From Deltaproteobacteria bacterium (GTDB taxonomy: Bacteria; Desulfobacterota; Dissulfuribacteria; Dissulfuribacterales; Dissulfuribacteraceae): 64,000 bases of DNA. Positions 16,811 to 24,905 of the stretch are shown here, in pieces. The stretch covers positions 6,113 to 70,112 of the forward strand of contig JALWQB010000020.1 of NCBI GenBank assembly GCA_026994795.1, read 5' to 3'. How positions within the stretch are numbered: position 1 is the first letter of the stretch; each line of letters opens with the position of its first letter. Under the pieces are notes generated by a model. It searched no databases and was not told where the DNA came from. It saw only the letters and a list, made by a program, of their open reading frames with translations. A program made the position numbers and the translations under genes.

Positions 16811-17968
16811 ATGGGAAAGGTAAATTATTTTCTTACAGAAGAGCAGAAGATGATAAAGGAGCTTGCCCAGCAGATAACAAGGGAAAAGATTATACCTATA
16901 AGGGCAGAGCTTGATGAAAAAGAAGAATTCCCGTGGTCAGTTATGGAGGCGCTTTCTCAGGCAGACCTTTTTGCCCTGTTTGTGCCCGAGGAGTATGGAG
17001 GCATTGGTGGGGGCTGCATGGATATATGTATTGCCCTTGAAGAACTTGCTTACGGATGCATAGCAATTACAACCACATATGCTGCAACCGCCCTTGGAAG
17101 CTATCCCATCCTCTTATACGGGACAGAAGAGCAGAAGAAACATTATCTTCCTCACATAGCGACAGGAGAGAAGCTGGCTGCATTTGGCCTTACAGAGGTT
17201 ACTGCAGGCAGCGACGCTGCTGCAATAAAGACCACGGCAGTGGAAGATGGGGATTCATGGGTTATAAACGGCTCTAAGCAGTGGATAACTACAGGGGGAG
17301 AGGCTGATGTCTATACTATTATTGCAATGACGGACAGGCATAAGGGCCCAAGGGGCGCATCAGCCTTTATAGTAGAAAAGGGCGATGAGGGGTTTTCCTT
17401 TGGAAAGAAAGAGAAGAAGATGGGTCTTAGGGCATCAACTACAAGGGAGCTTTTCTTTACGAATTGCAGGATTCCAAGGGACAGACTGCTTGGAAGGCGC
17501 GGGCTCGGTTTTATAATTGCCATGAGGACCCTTGACCTTGCGCGTCCTGGCATTGGGGCAATGGGTGTCGGGCTCAGTCAGGCAGCGCTTGATGAGGCAG
17601 TAAGACATGCAAGACAGCGCTATCAGTTTGGGCAGGCAATTATATCATTTCAGGCGATTCAGCACATGCTTGCTGATATGGCGACCCAGATTGAGGCGTC
17701 AAGGGCGCTTGTCTATGCCATTGCACGCACAATAGACACAGGGGAAAAGGATATTCAAAAACTCTCAGCAATGGCAAAGCTGTTTCCAACTGACACGGCA
17801 ATGAAGGTTACGGTAGATGCAGTGCAGATACTGGGCGGATATGGCTACATGAAGGATTATCCTGTTGAAAAGATGATGAGGGATGCAAAGGTGCTTCAGA
17901 TATATGAGGGGACAAATCAGATATTGAGGAATATAATTGGTCAATACCTCAATAAAGAGTATTCGTAA
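16811..17968 (+). CDS. acyl-CoA dehydrogenase (butyryl-CoA dehydrogenase-like)
   Basis: FLTEEQKMIKELA..., GLTEVTAGSDAA, QILGGYGYMKDYPVEKMMRDAKVLQIYEGTNQI. An AGGTGA Shine-Dalgarno lies 6 nt before the ATG at 16811. Confidence 0.9.
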   Translation: MGKVNYFLTEEQKMIKELAQQITREKIIPIRAELDEKEEFPWSVMEALSQADLFALFVPEEYGGIGGGCMDICIALEELAYGCIAITTTYAATALGSYPILLYGTEEQKKHYLPHIATGEKLAAFGLTEVTAGSDAAAIKTTAVEDGDSWVINGSKQWITTGGEADVYTIIAMTDRHKGPRGASAFIVEKGDEGFSFGKKEKKMGLRASTTRELFFTNCRIPRDRLLGRRGLGFIIAMRTLDLARPGIGAMGVGLSQAALDEAVRHARQRYQFGQAIISFQAIQHMLADMATQIEASRALVYAIARTIDTGEKDIQKLSAMAKLFPTDTAMKVTVDAVQILGGYGYMKDYPVEKMMRDAKVLQIYEGTNQILRNIIGQYLNKEYS

Positions 17969-18008
17969 GGCGTTTTTAGATATGGCAGCGCGGGGGTGAA
18001 AAAGGAAT

Positions 18009-18803
18009 ATGAGGATAGTCTGTTGTATAAAACAGGTGCCTGCTACTGATAGCGTAAGGTTTGACCCTGAGAAGGGCACCCTTATAAGGGAGGGCATAAG
18101 GGCGGAGATAAACCCCTATGACCTGTTTGCCCTTGAGATGGCAGTATCATTAAAAGAGGCGTCTTCCAGCGGCTCTTCTGAAGTTATAGCGCTTTCAATG
18201 GGTCCCCCTCAGGCAGAAGAGGCGATTAAGGAGGCTGTATCAAGGGGGGCAGACAGGGGGTATCTCCTTTGCGATAAAAGGTTTGCAGGCTCTGATACGC
18301 TTGCCACATCTTACATCCTCTCACAGGCAATAGCTCATATTGGAGGCGCTGACCTTGTGGTATGTGGAAGGCAGACCACTGATGGCGACACCGCTCAGGT
18401 TGGCCCTGGCATTGCCATGAGGCTCAATGCCCCTTGCGCTACAGGGGTGCTGGATGCCTCAGTTTCAGATGACGGCATTATAGCCATGAAGAGGGTTGTT
18501 GATGATAAAATTTACAGGATAAAGTGCGCATTACCTATGGTAATTACAGTTGAAATAGGGGCGAATACACCGAGGATGCCGTCTCTTAAAGGAAAGATGC
18601 GGGCAAAAAAGATGGATATACCTGTGCTTGACGCTGATACAATCGGGGCGGATGAGGGAAGGATTGGCCTTCAGGGCTCTCCAACAAGGCTTTCATCTAC
18701 TTATGTGCCTGAATTCAGGGGAAGGCATGAGGTCATTGAGTGCCCTTCTGATGAGGCGGCAGACAGGATTTTGAGTTTATTAAAGGATTTCGGAGCAATT
18801 TGA
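18009..18803 (+). CDS. etfB: electron transfer flavoprotein beta subunit (bifurcating-type signature)
   Basis: MRIVCCIKQVP start and GRQTTDGDTAQVGP (nt 18381-18407). Confidence 0.9.
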   Translation: MRIVCCIKQVPATDSVRFDPEKGTLIREGIRAEINPYDLFALEMAVSLKEASSSGSSEVIALSMGPPQAEEAIKEAVSRGADRGYLLCDKRFAGSDTLATSYILSQAIAHIGGADLVVCGRQTTDGDTAQVGPGIAMRLNAPCATGVLDASVSDDGIIAMKRVVDDKIYRIKCALPMVITVEIGANTPRMPSLKGKMRAKKMDIPVLDADTIGADEGRIGLQGSPTRLSSTYVPEFRGRHEVIECPSDEAADRILSLLKDFGAI

Positions 18804-18805
18804 TT

Positions 18806-19816
18806 ATGGCGGAGAATAAGGGTATTTGGGTATTAGGAGAGGTTAATAATAAGGGGCCTTTGGCTCTTACCCTTGAGCTTTTGACTAAGGCCTATGAGCT
18901 GAAAGAGACATTAAAAGAGGAATTATCTTGCGTCCTTATAGGAAAGGATATTGGCAACGCCTCAGAAAAGCTCTTTGAGTATGGGGCAGACAGGGTAATT
19001 TGTGTGGAAGATGACAGCTTAGAGCCATTTTGTGAGATGCAGCAGGGGAAAATCCTTGCATTTTTATGTAAACAAAGGATGCCGTCCATAATTATAGCAG
19101 GCGCTACAGACAGGTCAAAGGCAGTTATGGCGATGTGCGCAACATCTGTTGGCGCTGGGCTTACTGCGAATTGTATGGATATTTCTATTGACAGCGATAC
19201 AGGCAGGCTTTTACAGACCCGTCCTGCCTATGGCGGAAATCTTATGGCAACCATAGTGTCTGAAAAGATGCCTCAGATGGCGACCATTAGGCAGGGGGTG
19301 TTTGAGGCAGCGCCCTGTTTATCTAAATATTCCTCCAATAATGAGGGAGAGATAGAAAAAATCGCTGTCCCCCAAGACCTCCTTCAAAATCCATTTCATC
19401 TTGAGGCATGTGATGAGATAAAAAAGGATGAATCTTCCCCTGACTATGAGAACGCCGCTATTGTGCTGGTTGCAGGCAGAGGCATCGGGGATGAGACATC
19501 AATTAAGGGGCTTAAAAGGCTTTCAGGGCTTATCGGCGGCGTTGTTGGGGCGACAAGGCCGGTATGCGATATGGGGCTTTTGCCGCATAGCGCCCAGATA
19601 GGGCAAACTGGCCATATCATAAGCCCGAATGTATATATGGGTTTTGGCGTCTCAGGGGCGGCCCCTCATACAATAGGCATTCAAGGGGCGAAGGTTATGA
19701 TAGGGATAAACACTGATAAAGACGCCCCGATATTTGATTTTGTAAATTATGGCTTTATTGCAGACGCAAAAGAGGTTATATCTTCACTTATAAAGAGGCT
19801 GGAGGCAAAAAAGTAA
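18806..19816 (+). CDS. etfA: electron transfer flavoprotein alpha subunit
   Basis: C-terminal FAD-binding region IVLVAGRGIG...QIGQTGHIISPNVYMGFGVSGA..H. It overlaps or abuts the etfB stop. Confidence 0.9.
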   Translation: MAENKGIWVLGEVNNKGPLALTLELLTKAYELKETLKEELSCVLIGKDIGNASEKLFEYGADRVICVEDDSLEPFCEMQQGKILAFLCKQRMPSIIIAGATDRSKAVMAMCATSVGAGLTANCMDISIDSDTGRLLQTRPAYGGNLMATIVSEKMPQMATIRQGVFEAAPCLSKYSSNNEGEIEKIAVPQDLLQNPFHLEACDEIKKDESSPDYENAAIVLVAGRGIGDETSIKGLKRLSGLIGGVVGATRPVCDMGLLPHSAQIGQTGHIISPNVYMGFGVSGAAPHTIGIQGAKVMIGINTDKDAPIFDFVNYGFIADAKEVISSLIKRLEAKK

Positions 19817-19838
19817 CTCAATCCATCAGGAGAAGCTC

Positions 19839-20597
19839 ATGCGTAATCTTGACTTATCAGGAAAGGTCGCCCTTGTTACAGGCGCCTCACGGGGCATAGG
19901 AAGAGAGATAGCAAGGGCGCTATCAAGGCAGGGGGCATTTGTCTGGGCAAATTATTCAAGCTCCGAGCAAGATGCCGTTATTCTAAAAGAGGAGATAGAA
20001 AAAGAGGGCGGAAAATGTGAGATAATAAGGTTTAATGTGGCTAAAAAAGATGAGGTAGATGAGGCGATAAGCCAGATAACATCCTCATCTGATGGGCCTG
20101 TTAATATCCTTATAAATAATGCTGGTATTACAAAAGATACCCTTTTTATGAGGATGAAAGAAGAGGCGATATTAGATGTGCTTCAAGTAAACCTTATTGG
20201 GGCAATGAATTGCGCTCAGGCAGCGCTTTCTCCAATGATAAAGGCGCGCTGGGGCAGGATTATAAACATAAGCTCTGTAGTTGCCTCAATGGGCAATGCA
20301 GGACAGGCCAATTATTGCGCATCAAAGGCTGGCATTGAAGGCTTTACAAGGGCGCTGGCAAGAGAGGTGGCAGCAAGGGGCGTTACCTGTAATGCAATCG
20401 CCCCTGGCTTTATTGATACGGATATGACCTCAAAGCTCTCTCAGAAGATAAGGTCATCCATAATATCAAATATCCCAATGGGCAGGATGGGAGAGGCAAA
20501 GGAGGTTGCAAGCGCATGCGTGTTTTTGGCCTCAAATGAGGCGTCTTACATAACAGGCCATGTTCTCCATATAAATGGGGGATTATTGTGTAATTAG
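19839..20597 (+). CDS. fabG: 3-oxoacyl-ACP reductase
   Basis: ALVTGASRGIGREIA, NNAG, SSVV...YCASKAG, and operon context. Confidence 0.9.
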   Translation: MRNLDLSGKVALVTGASRGIGREIARALSRQGAFVWANYSSSEQDAVILKEEIEKEGGKCEIIRFNVAKKDEVDEAISQITSSSDGPVNILINNAGITKDTLFMRMKEEAILDVLQVNLIGAMNCAQAALSPMIKARWGRIINISSVVASMGNAGQANYCASKAGIEGFTRALAREVAARGVTCNAIAPGFIDTDMTSKLSQKIRSSIISNIPMGRMGEAKEVASACVFLASNEASYITGHVLHINGGLLCN

Positions 20598-20629
20598 CGT
20601 TAGATATAACCTTGTATGTTATATAGAGG

Positions 20630-20671
20630 TACCATTTTAAGATATTATTGTAAAAAATGGTAGTATTTTTT
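20630..20671 (+). terminator. weak AT-rich hairpin plus T-run after fabG
   Basis: taccatttt (20630-38) pairs with aaaatggta (20654-62), followed by tatttttt. The stem is AT-rich, so this is a weak call. Confidence 0.3.
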
Positions 20672-20681
20672 AAGCTAAAAT

Positions 20682-20750
20682 ATGACATGACAGACCGATG
20701 AACCTAAGGGAGCATGTAAGCCCGTGATTTAGCGAGGGTCGTCATGTCAT
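20682..20750. repeat. 69-nt imperfect palindrome at the left island edge
   Basis: ATGACATGACAGACC ... GGGTCGTCATGTCAT, a 14-bp stem with one bulge. Confidence 0.6.
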
Positions 20751-20801
20751 TATCTCTATTATTCCGAACAATTGCCTTGTATATTAAATGAGTTATTTAT
20801 A

Positions 20802-22046
20802 ATGATACTCAAAAAGAGATTTTATCATTTATCTCCACTTATTGAAAAGTTGTTTGATAGAGATATAGAATTATTACCATCGGTTAATGAACTGTTTGAG
20901 TTGGAATTAGCATATTTAGAATATAATTGTTTACCTGAAGACAGTTTGCTGGATAGATTAGCCTACTTTAAATCTATTAATGGTAATTTAACTAAACATT
21001 TTTTAATGTATAATCAATCAGTTAAGCCGGTTACTAATAATCGTTCTCCTATCATAAAAACATATTTTGAAAATGGAGCTTTTGCGACTGGTTATGCAAC
21101 TCATGGATTATTTCCTTATCGTGGTAAGTTTCATCCTCAATTAATTAAGTCATTAATTAATATTGTTGGTATAAGAAAAGGAGAAGTAATTTTAGATCCT
21201 ATGTGTGGAAGCGGGACAACAAATATTGAAGCTTCTTTAATGGGTATAAATTCTTACGCAATTGATTTAAGTCCTTTTTGCCGATTCATGACTAAGGTAA
21301 AATATGATAGCCTTTCTATAAATATTAATTTATTAAAAGGAATTTCAAATAAATCAGAGGAATTATTTGATTTTTTTAATACTGATAATATAAATAAACA
21401 ACTGCGAAAAATTACCGATAATAACAAGTTAAAAGTTTATCAACTAGCATTACTTGCTTTTTTAGATGCCTTAGGGTATTCTAAACGGGTAAAATTTAGT
21501 CATAGACAGCTTTTTTCAAAAGTGCTGAAAAGATATGAAGATACTGTTGTTAATTTTATTTCTTTTACTAGAAAATATGTACCTGATTTGGGCAGGTTGG
21601 AGATTTTAGAAACTGGCAATGCTTTAAAAATACCATTGGAAGATAGTTCTGTTGATGGTGTAATTACATCACCACCATATTCATTTGCAATTGACTATGT
21701 AAAAAATGATGAGGCACAATTAAAATTTTTAGGCTATGATATTACTGAGATTAGAAGTAGCATGATTGGATTAATTGGTAGAAATAAAAAGGAACGTTTA
21801 GAAAATTATTTTAATGAGATGGAACAAGCATGTTCAGAAATATCTAGGGTGTTAAAAAATAATAAATTTTTTATAATGATTATAGGTTCTAATACAAATC
21901 AAACAGGTGGAATAAGACTGGAGGGTAAGATAATTGAATCTTGTAAAAAGTACAATTTAAAACTCATGAAAACTATTTTCAAACCTATAAAAGGAATAAG
22001 AAATATAATGAAAGATGAATATATATTATTTTTTATGAAAGTTTAA
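20802..22046 (+). CDS. DNA methyltransferase, alpha-type motif order (motif I before motif IV), SPPY catalytic motif
   Basis: ILDPMCGSGTT (nt ~21196-21222) is the AdoMet motif I. VITSPPYSFAIDY (nt ~21666) is motif IV, about 150 aa later. ATG at 20802 is preferred over the TTG at 20772. Confidence 0.8.
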   Translation: MILKKRFYHLSPLIEKLFDRDIELLPSVNELFELELAYLEYNCLPEDSLLDRLAYFKSINGNLTKHFLMYNQSVKPVTNNRSPIIKTYFENGAFATGYATHGLFPYRGKFHPQLIKSLINIVGIRKGEVILDPMCGSGTTNIEASLMGINSYAIDLSPFCRFMTKVKYDSLSININLLKGISNKSEELFDFFNTDNINKQLRKITDNNKLKVYQLALLAFLDALGYSKRVKFSHRQLFSKVLKRYEDTVVNFISFTRKYVPDLGRLEILETGNALKIPLEDSSVDGVITSPPYSFAIDYVKNDEAQLKFLGYDITEIRSSMIGLIGRNKKERLENYFNEMEQACSEISRVLKNNKFFIMIIGSNTNQTGGIRLEGKIIESCKKYNLKLMKTIFKPIKGIRNIMKDEYILFFMKV

Positions 22047-22049
22047 AAA

Positions 22050-23048
22050 ATGAAAAGCATACAAGAAAAATTTGACATAGTTATCACAAAAAATACTTTC
22101 TATTTTTACAATAGAGAATTTGAAGAAGCTTATGAGGGATATGTCAATGCACTTAAGGAAATTTTACTTGTTTTGAAAAATCAAATTAAAAATAATGGGT
22201 TGAGGAAAGAATTATTTGAAGATTTAATTTGTAAAAAAGAGAATGGATTACGAGCATTACTTGCATTAACTGGTTTTTCAAATGAAAGTCTAAAAAGGCT
22301 CATAACCTTTATTAGAATAGTTGATAATTCTGAATTAAATGATCTTGTTTATAAGAAACAATGGATAAAAGATGCAGAAATAAGCGTTAAAGAAAATATC
22401 AAAGAATGGACAGACAATAAAATCCAGCAGAAGATAAGAGAAAACAAGTTTTTTAGAAAAGGTTTAGTAAATATATTTTTTGAAGGCTCTACAATTCCAA
22501 TTCTATCTAACGCACTGCCTCTCTTTGAATTGAAAAAATTAAGTATTTCAAAGTTAAATTTTGAAATAGAGGCATTAATTGACACATTAATTCGTTATAA
22601 AGAAAAAGGGTCATATTCTGGTAAAAAAGAGAATAATCCTGAAGGCGTTATTGAAAAAATTTTGAAGGACATAGGGATAGGATTTGAAAAAGGAGATTTA
22701 GGGGAATTGATAAACAATGCTCCTGATACTAAGCGAACAATGGACTTTATTATTCCTGATAAGAGAGAGCCACGATTAATTATTGAGTGTTCATATTTGG
22801 TGACAACATCTTCTAGTCAAGGTGATAAATCTAAGACAGAAATTTCAATTGATACGTTAATAAAAGAACATTATCCAAATGCTCACTTTTTAGGATTTGT
22901 TGATGGTATCGGTTGGTATGTAAGAAAGAATGATTTGAAAAGAATGGTTGCTGCTTATGAAGATGTTTTTACTTTTCATCATGATGAATTAGAACGATTT
23001 AAACAAATATTAAATAAGGTATTTAGCGATGCTGGAGAAATACATTAA
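22050..23048 (+). CDS. putative restriction endonuclease (unassigned family) between two methyltransferases
   Basis: Sits 3 nt after M1 and overlaps M2 by 20 nt. KRTMDFIIPD...LIIECSY...GDKSK...FLGFVDGIGW could be a PD-(D/E)XK-like core. The layout reminds me of DpnII/MboI-family enzymes, but I cannot verify this. Confidence 0.5.
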   Translation: MKSIQEKFDIVITKNTFYFYNREFEEAYEGYVNALKEILLVLKNQIKNNGLRKELFEDLICKKENGLRALLALTGFSNESLKRLITFIRIVDNSELNDLVYKKQWIKDAEISVKENIKEWTDNKIQQKIRENKFFRKGLVNIFFEGSTIPILSNALPLFELKKLSISKLNFEIEALIDTLIRYKEKGSYSGKKENNPEGVIEKILKDIGIGFEKGDLGELINNAPDTKRTMDFIIPDKREPRLIIECSYLVTTSSSQGDKSKTEISIDTLIKEHYPNAHFLGFVDGIGWYVRKNDLKRMVAAYEDVFTFHHDELERFKQILNKVFSDAGEIH

Positions 23049-23931
23049 TCAGGTCATTCATGGTGATTGTTTAGAGATTATGCAAAATATACCAGATAAT
23101 TCTGTAGATATTACTTTTGCAGACCCTCCTTTTAATTTAAAGAAGAAATATAATGGCTATAAAGATAGTAAAGAATTTCATGACTATTTAGAATGGAGTA
23201 AACAATGGATTTATGAGATGGTGAGAATTACTAAGCCTACAGGTTCTATTTTTATTCATAATATCCCTAAGTGGCTTACATATTATGCGGCATTTTTAAA
23301 TGAAGTGGCATATTTTAAACATTGGATCGCTTGGGATGCTCCCACAGCGCCGATGGGGAAATCATTACAACCATCTCATTATGGTATTTTGTATTATGTT
23401 AAGGACTTAAAAAAGGCTAAATTTTATGAAATTCGCTATCCACATAAACGATGCAGGAAATGTAATTATCTTTTAAAGGATTATGGGGGGAAAAAAGCAG
23501 GATTGCATCCATTCGGTCCGTTAGTATCTGATGTTTGGACAGATATTCATCGTATAAAACATAATAAATATAGAGATGATCATCCTTGCCAGTTACCAAT
23601 ACATTTATTAGAAAGATTAATTTTGATGAGCACGGATGAAAGTGATATTGTATTAGACCCTTTTGTTGGCACAGGAACGTCTGTTATAGCTGCTAAAAGA
23701 TTAGGCAGAAAATTTATAGGCATAGATATTGATGAAAAGTATGTAAATATTACACTTGATAAACTTTCAAAGGAAACTTCAAATTCAAAAATTAGTGATG
23801 TCTGGGTTGGGTTTTATTTAAATGAAATAAGCACAATAAGAGATAAAAATTGGGGAAAATTAATACAATATTTTTCAATTCCAGACAATATTAAAGATAT
23901 TGACTTCATAAACATAAAATTAAACAACTAA
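23029..23931 (+). CDS. DNA methyltransferase, beta-class (motif IV before motif I), DPPF motif
   Basis: N-terminal IHGDCLEIMQNIPDNSVDITFADPPFNL (motif IV) and C-terminal VLDPFVGTGTSVIAAKRLGRKFIGID (motif I), the N6_N4_Mtase-type layout. Confidence 0.85.
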   Translation: MLEKYINQVIHGDCLEIMQNIPDNSVDITFADPPFNLKKKYNGYKDSKEFHDYLEWSKQWIYEMVRITKPTGSIFIHNIPKWLTYYAAFLNEVAYFKHWIAWDAPTAPMGKSLQPSHYGILYYVKDLKKAKFYEIRYPHKRCRKCNYLLKDYGGKKAGLHPFGPLVSDVWTDIHRIKHNKYRDDHPCQLPIHLLERLILMSTDESDIVLDPFVGTGTSVIAAKRLGRKFIGIDIDEKYVNITLDKLSKETSNSKISDVWVGFYLNEISTIRDKNWGKLIQYFSIPDNIKDIDFINIKLNN

Positions 23932-24035
23932 ATTAGTTTAATATAATGCATTATATAAAATATAGTTATATAAAAAATATTATATGAGAGAAATATTTGT
24001 ATATTTATAAAATAAATAGTTATGAAGGAGAAAAA

Positions 24036-24326
24036 ATGGAATTATCATTAAATACATTATCATCGGCAGAGCATTTACTTAAGGGTTTCAATGAAAATCG
24101 AGAGGCAACCCTTAACTAAGCAGAAAGATTAATAAGCTCTGTAGTTGAGACTGATATAATAAACTCTTTTAAAAGAGACAAAAAGAGAAAATTATTGCAA
24201 GCCGAAAATGTTATTAAACATTTTAAAAAAGGGCATCTTGACTATTTTGATATTTTTCGCAAAGTGGGGTTTGTTGCTGATGAAAATAGATTGAGTGATG
24301 CAATAGCAGCATTGCTTGACCTTTAA
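24036..24326 (+). pseudogene. decayed gene fragment with a PD-(D/E)XK-family-like N-terminal motif
   Basis: One frame reads MELSLNTLSSAEHLLKGFNENREATLN*AERLISS...YFDIFRKVGFVADENRLSDAIAALLDL*. It has an in-frame TAA at 24117-19 and is truncated after the FDIF...ENR.S...A.LLD motif that opens many PD-(D/E)XK nuclease-family proteins. Confidence 0.4.
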
Positions 24327-24470
24327 AGAGAGAATGAGAGAACTTGTGAAGCTGGCTGTTAAATCATTTACTGAAACTTGTTTGACTATACTAAAATAGA
24401 AAATTGCATTGCAATTTTTTCTATCTGAACTTAACTGGGACTGTAGTGGAATAAATACAAATTAGAACAT

Positions 24471-24552
24471 ATAACAAGCGGGGGCACTTGACCGCCAATT
24501 TGCGGCGGGCTTCGCCCTTGTGGATTGTCGGCAAGTGACTTTTGCTCGTTAT
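24471..24552. repeat. 82-nt imperfect palindrome just upstream of acpP (right island edge)
   Basis: ATAACAAGC..CACTTG.CCG ... CGG.CAAGTG..GCTCGTTAT with an inner GGGC-TTC-GCCC hairpin. Confidence 0.6.
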
Positions 24553-24580
24553 AACTAAATAATATAGGAGGACAAGATTA

Positions 24581-24811
24581 ATGAATATTGAAGAAAAGAT
24601 GATAGATGTTATCTCTAAGCAGTTAAGCGTTGATAAGGCAAAGGTTACATTAGAGGCGTCATTTGTTGATGACCTTGGGGCAGACTCCCTTGACCTTGTT
24701 GAGCTTGTTATGGCGATGGAAGAGGAGTTTGGGATGGAAATAGCTGATGAGGATGCTGAAAAGCTCCAGACTGTAAAAGATGCTATTAATTATGTAAAGG
24801 AGAGGATGTAA
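24581..24811 (+). CDS. acpP: acyl carrier protein
   Basis: [22 protein letters not shown] phosphopantetheine-site motif, 76 aa. Confidence 0.96.
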   Translation: MNIEEKMIDVISKQLSVDKAKVTLEASFVDDLGADSLDLVELVMAMEEEFGMEIADEDAEKLQTVKDAINYVKERM

Positions 24812-24905
24812 GGGGTTTTATAGAGAGATGCATTGAGGTATTGTTCTTATTAATCTGCCATAAGTTATTATAAATTTATATATTGAGCAATAATAAGGAG
24901 CATAG

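Larger units (their letters stand above)
20598..24470. other. AT-rich accessory island (R-M-like cassette plus gene debris) inserted between fabG and acpP
   Basis: Base composition drops sharply by eye right after the fabG stop and recovers just before acpP. The canonical fabG-acpP adjacency is broken. Confidence 0.8.
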
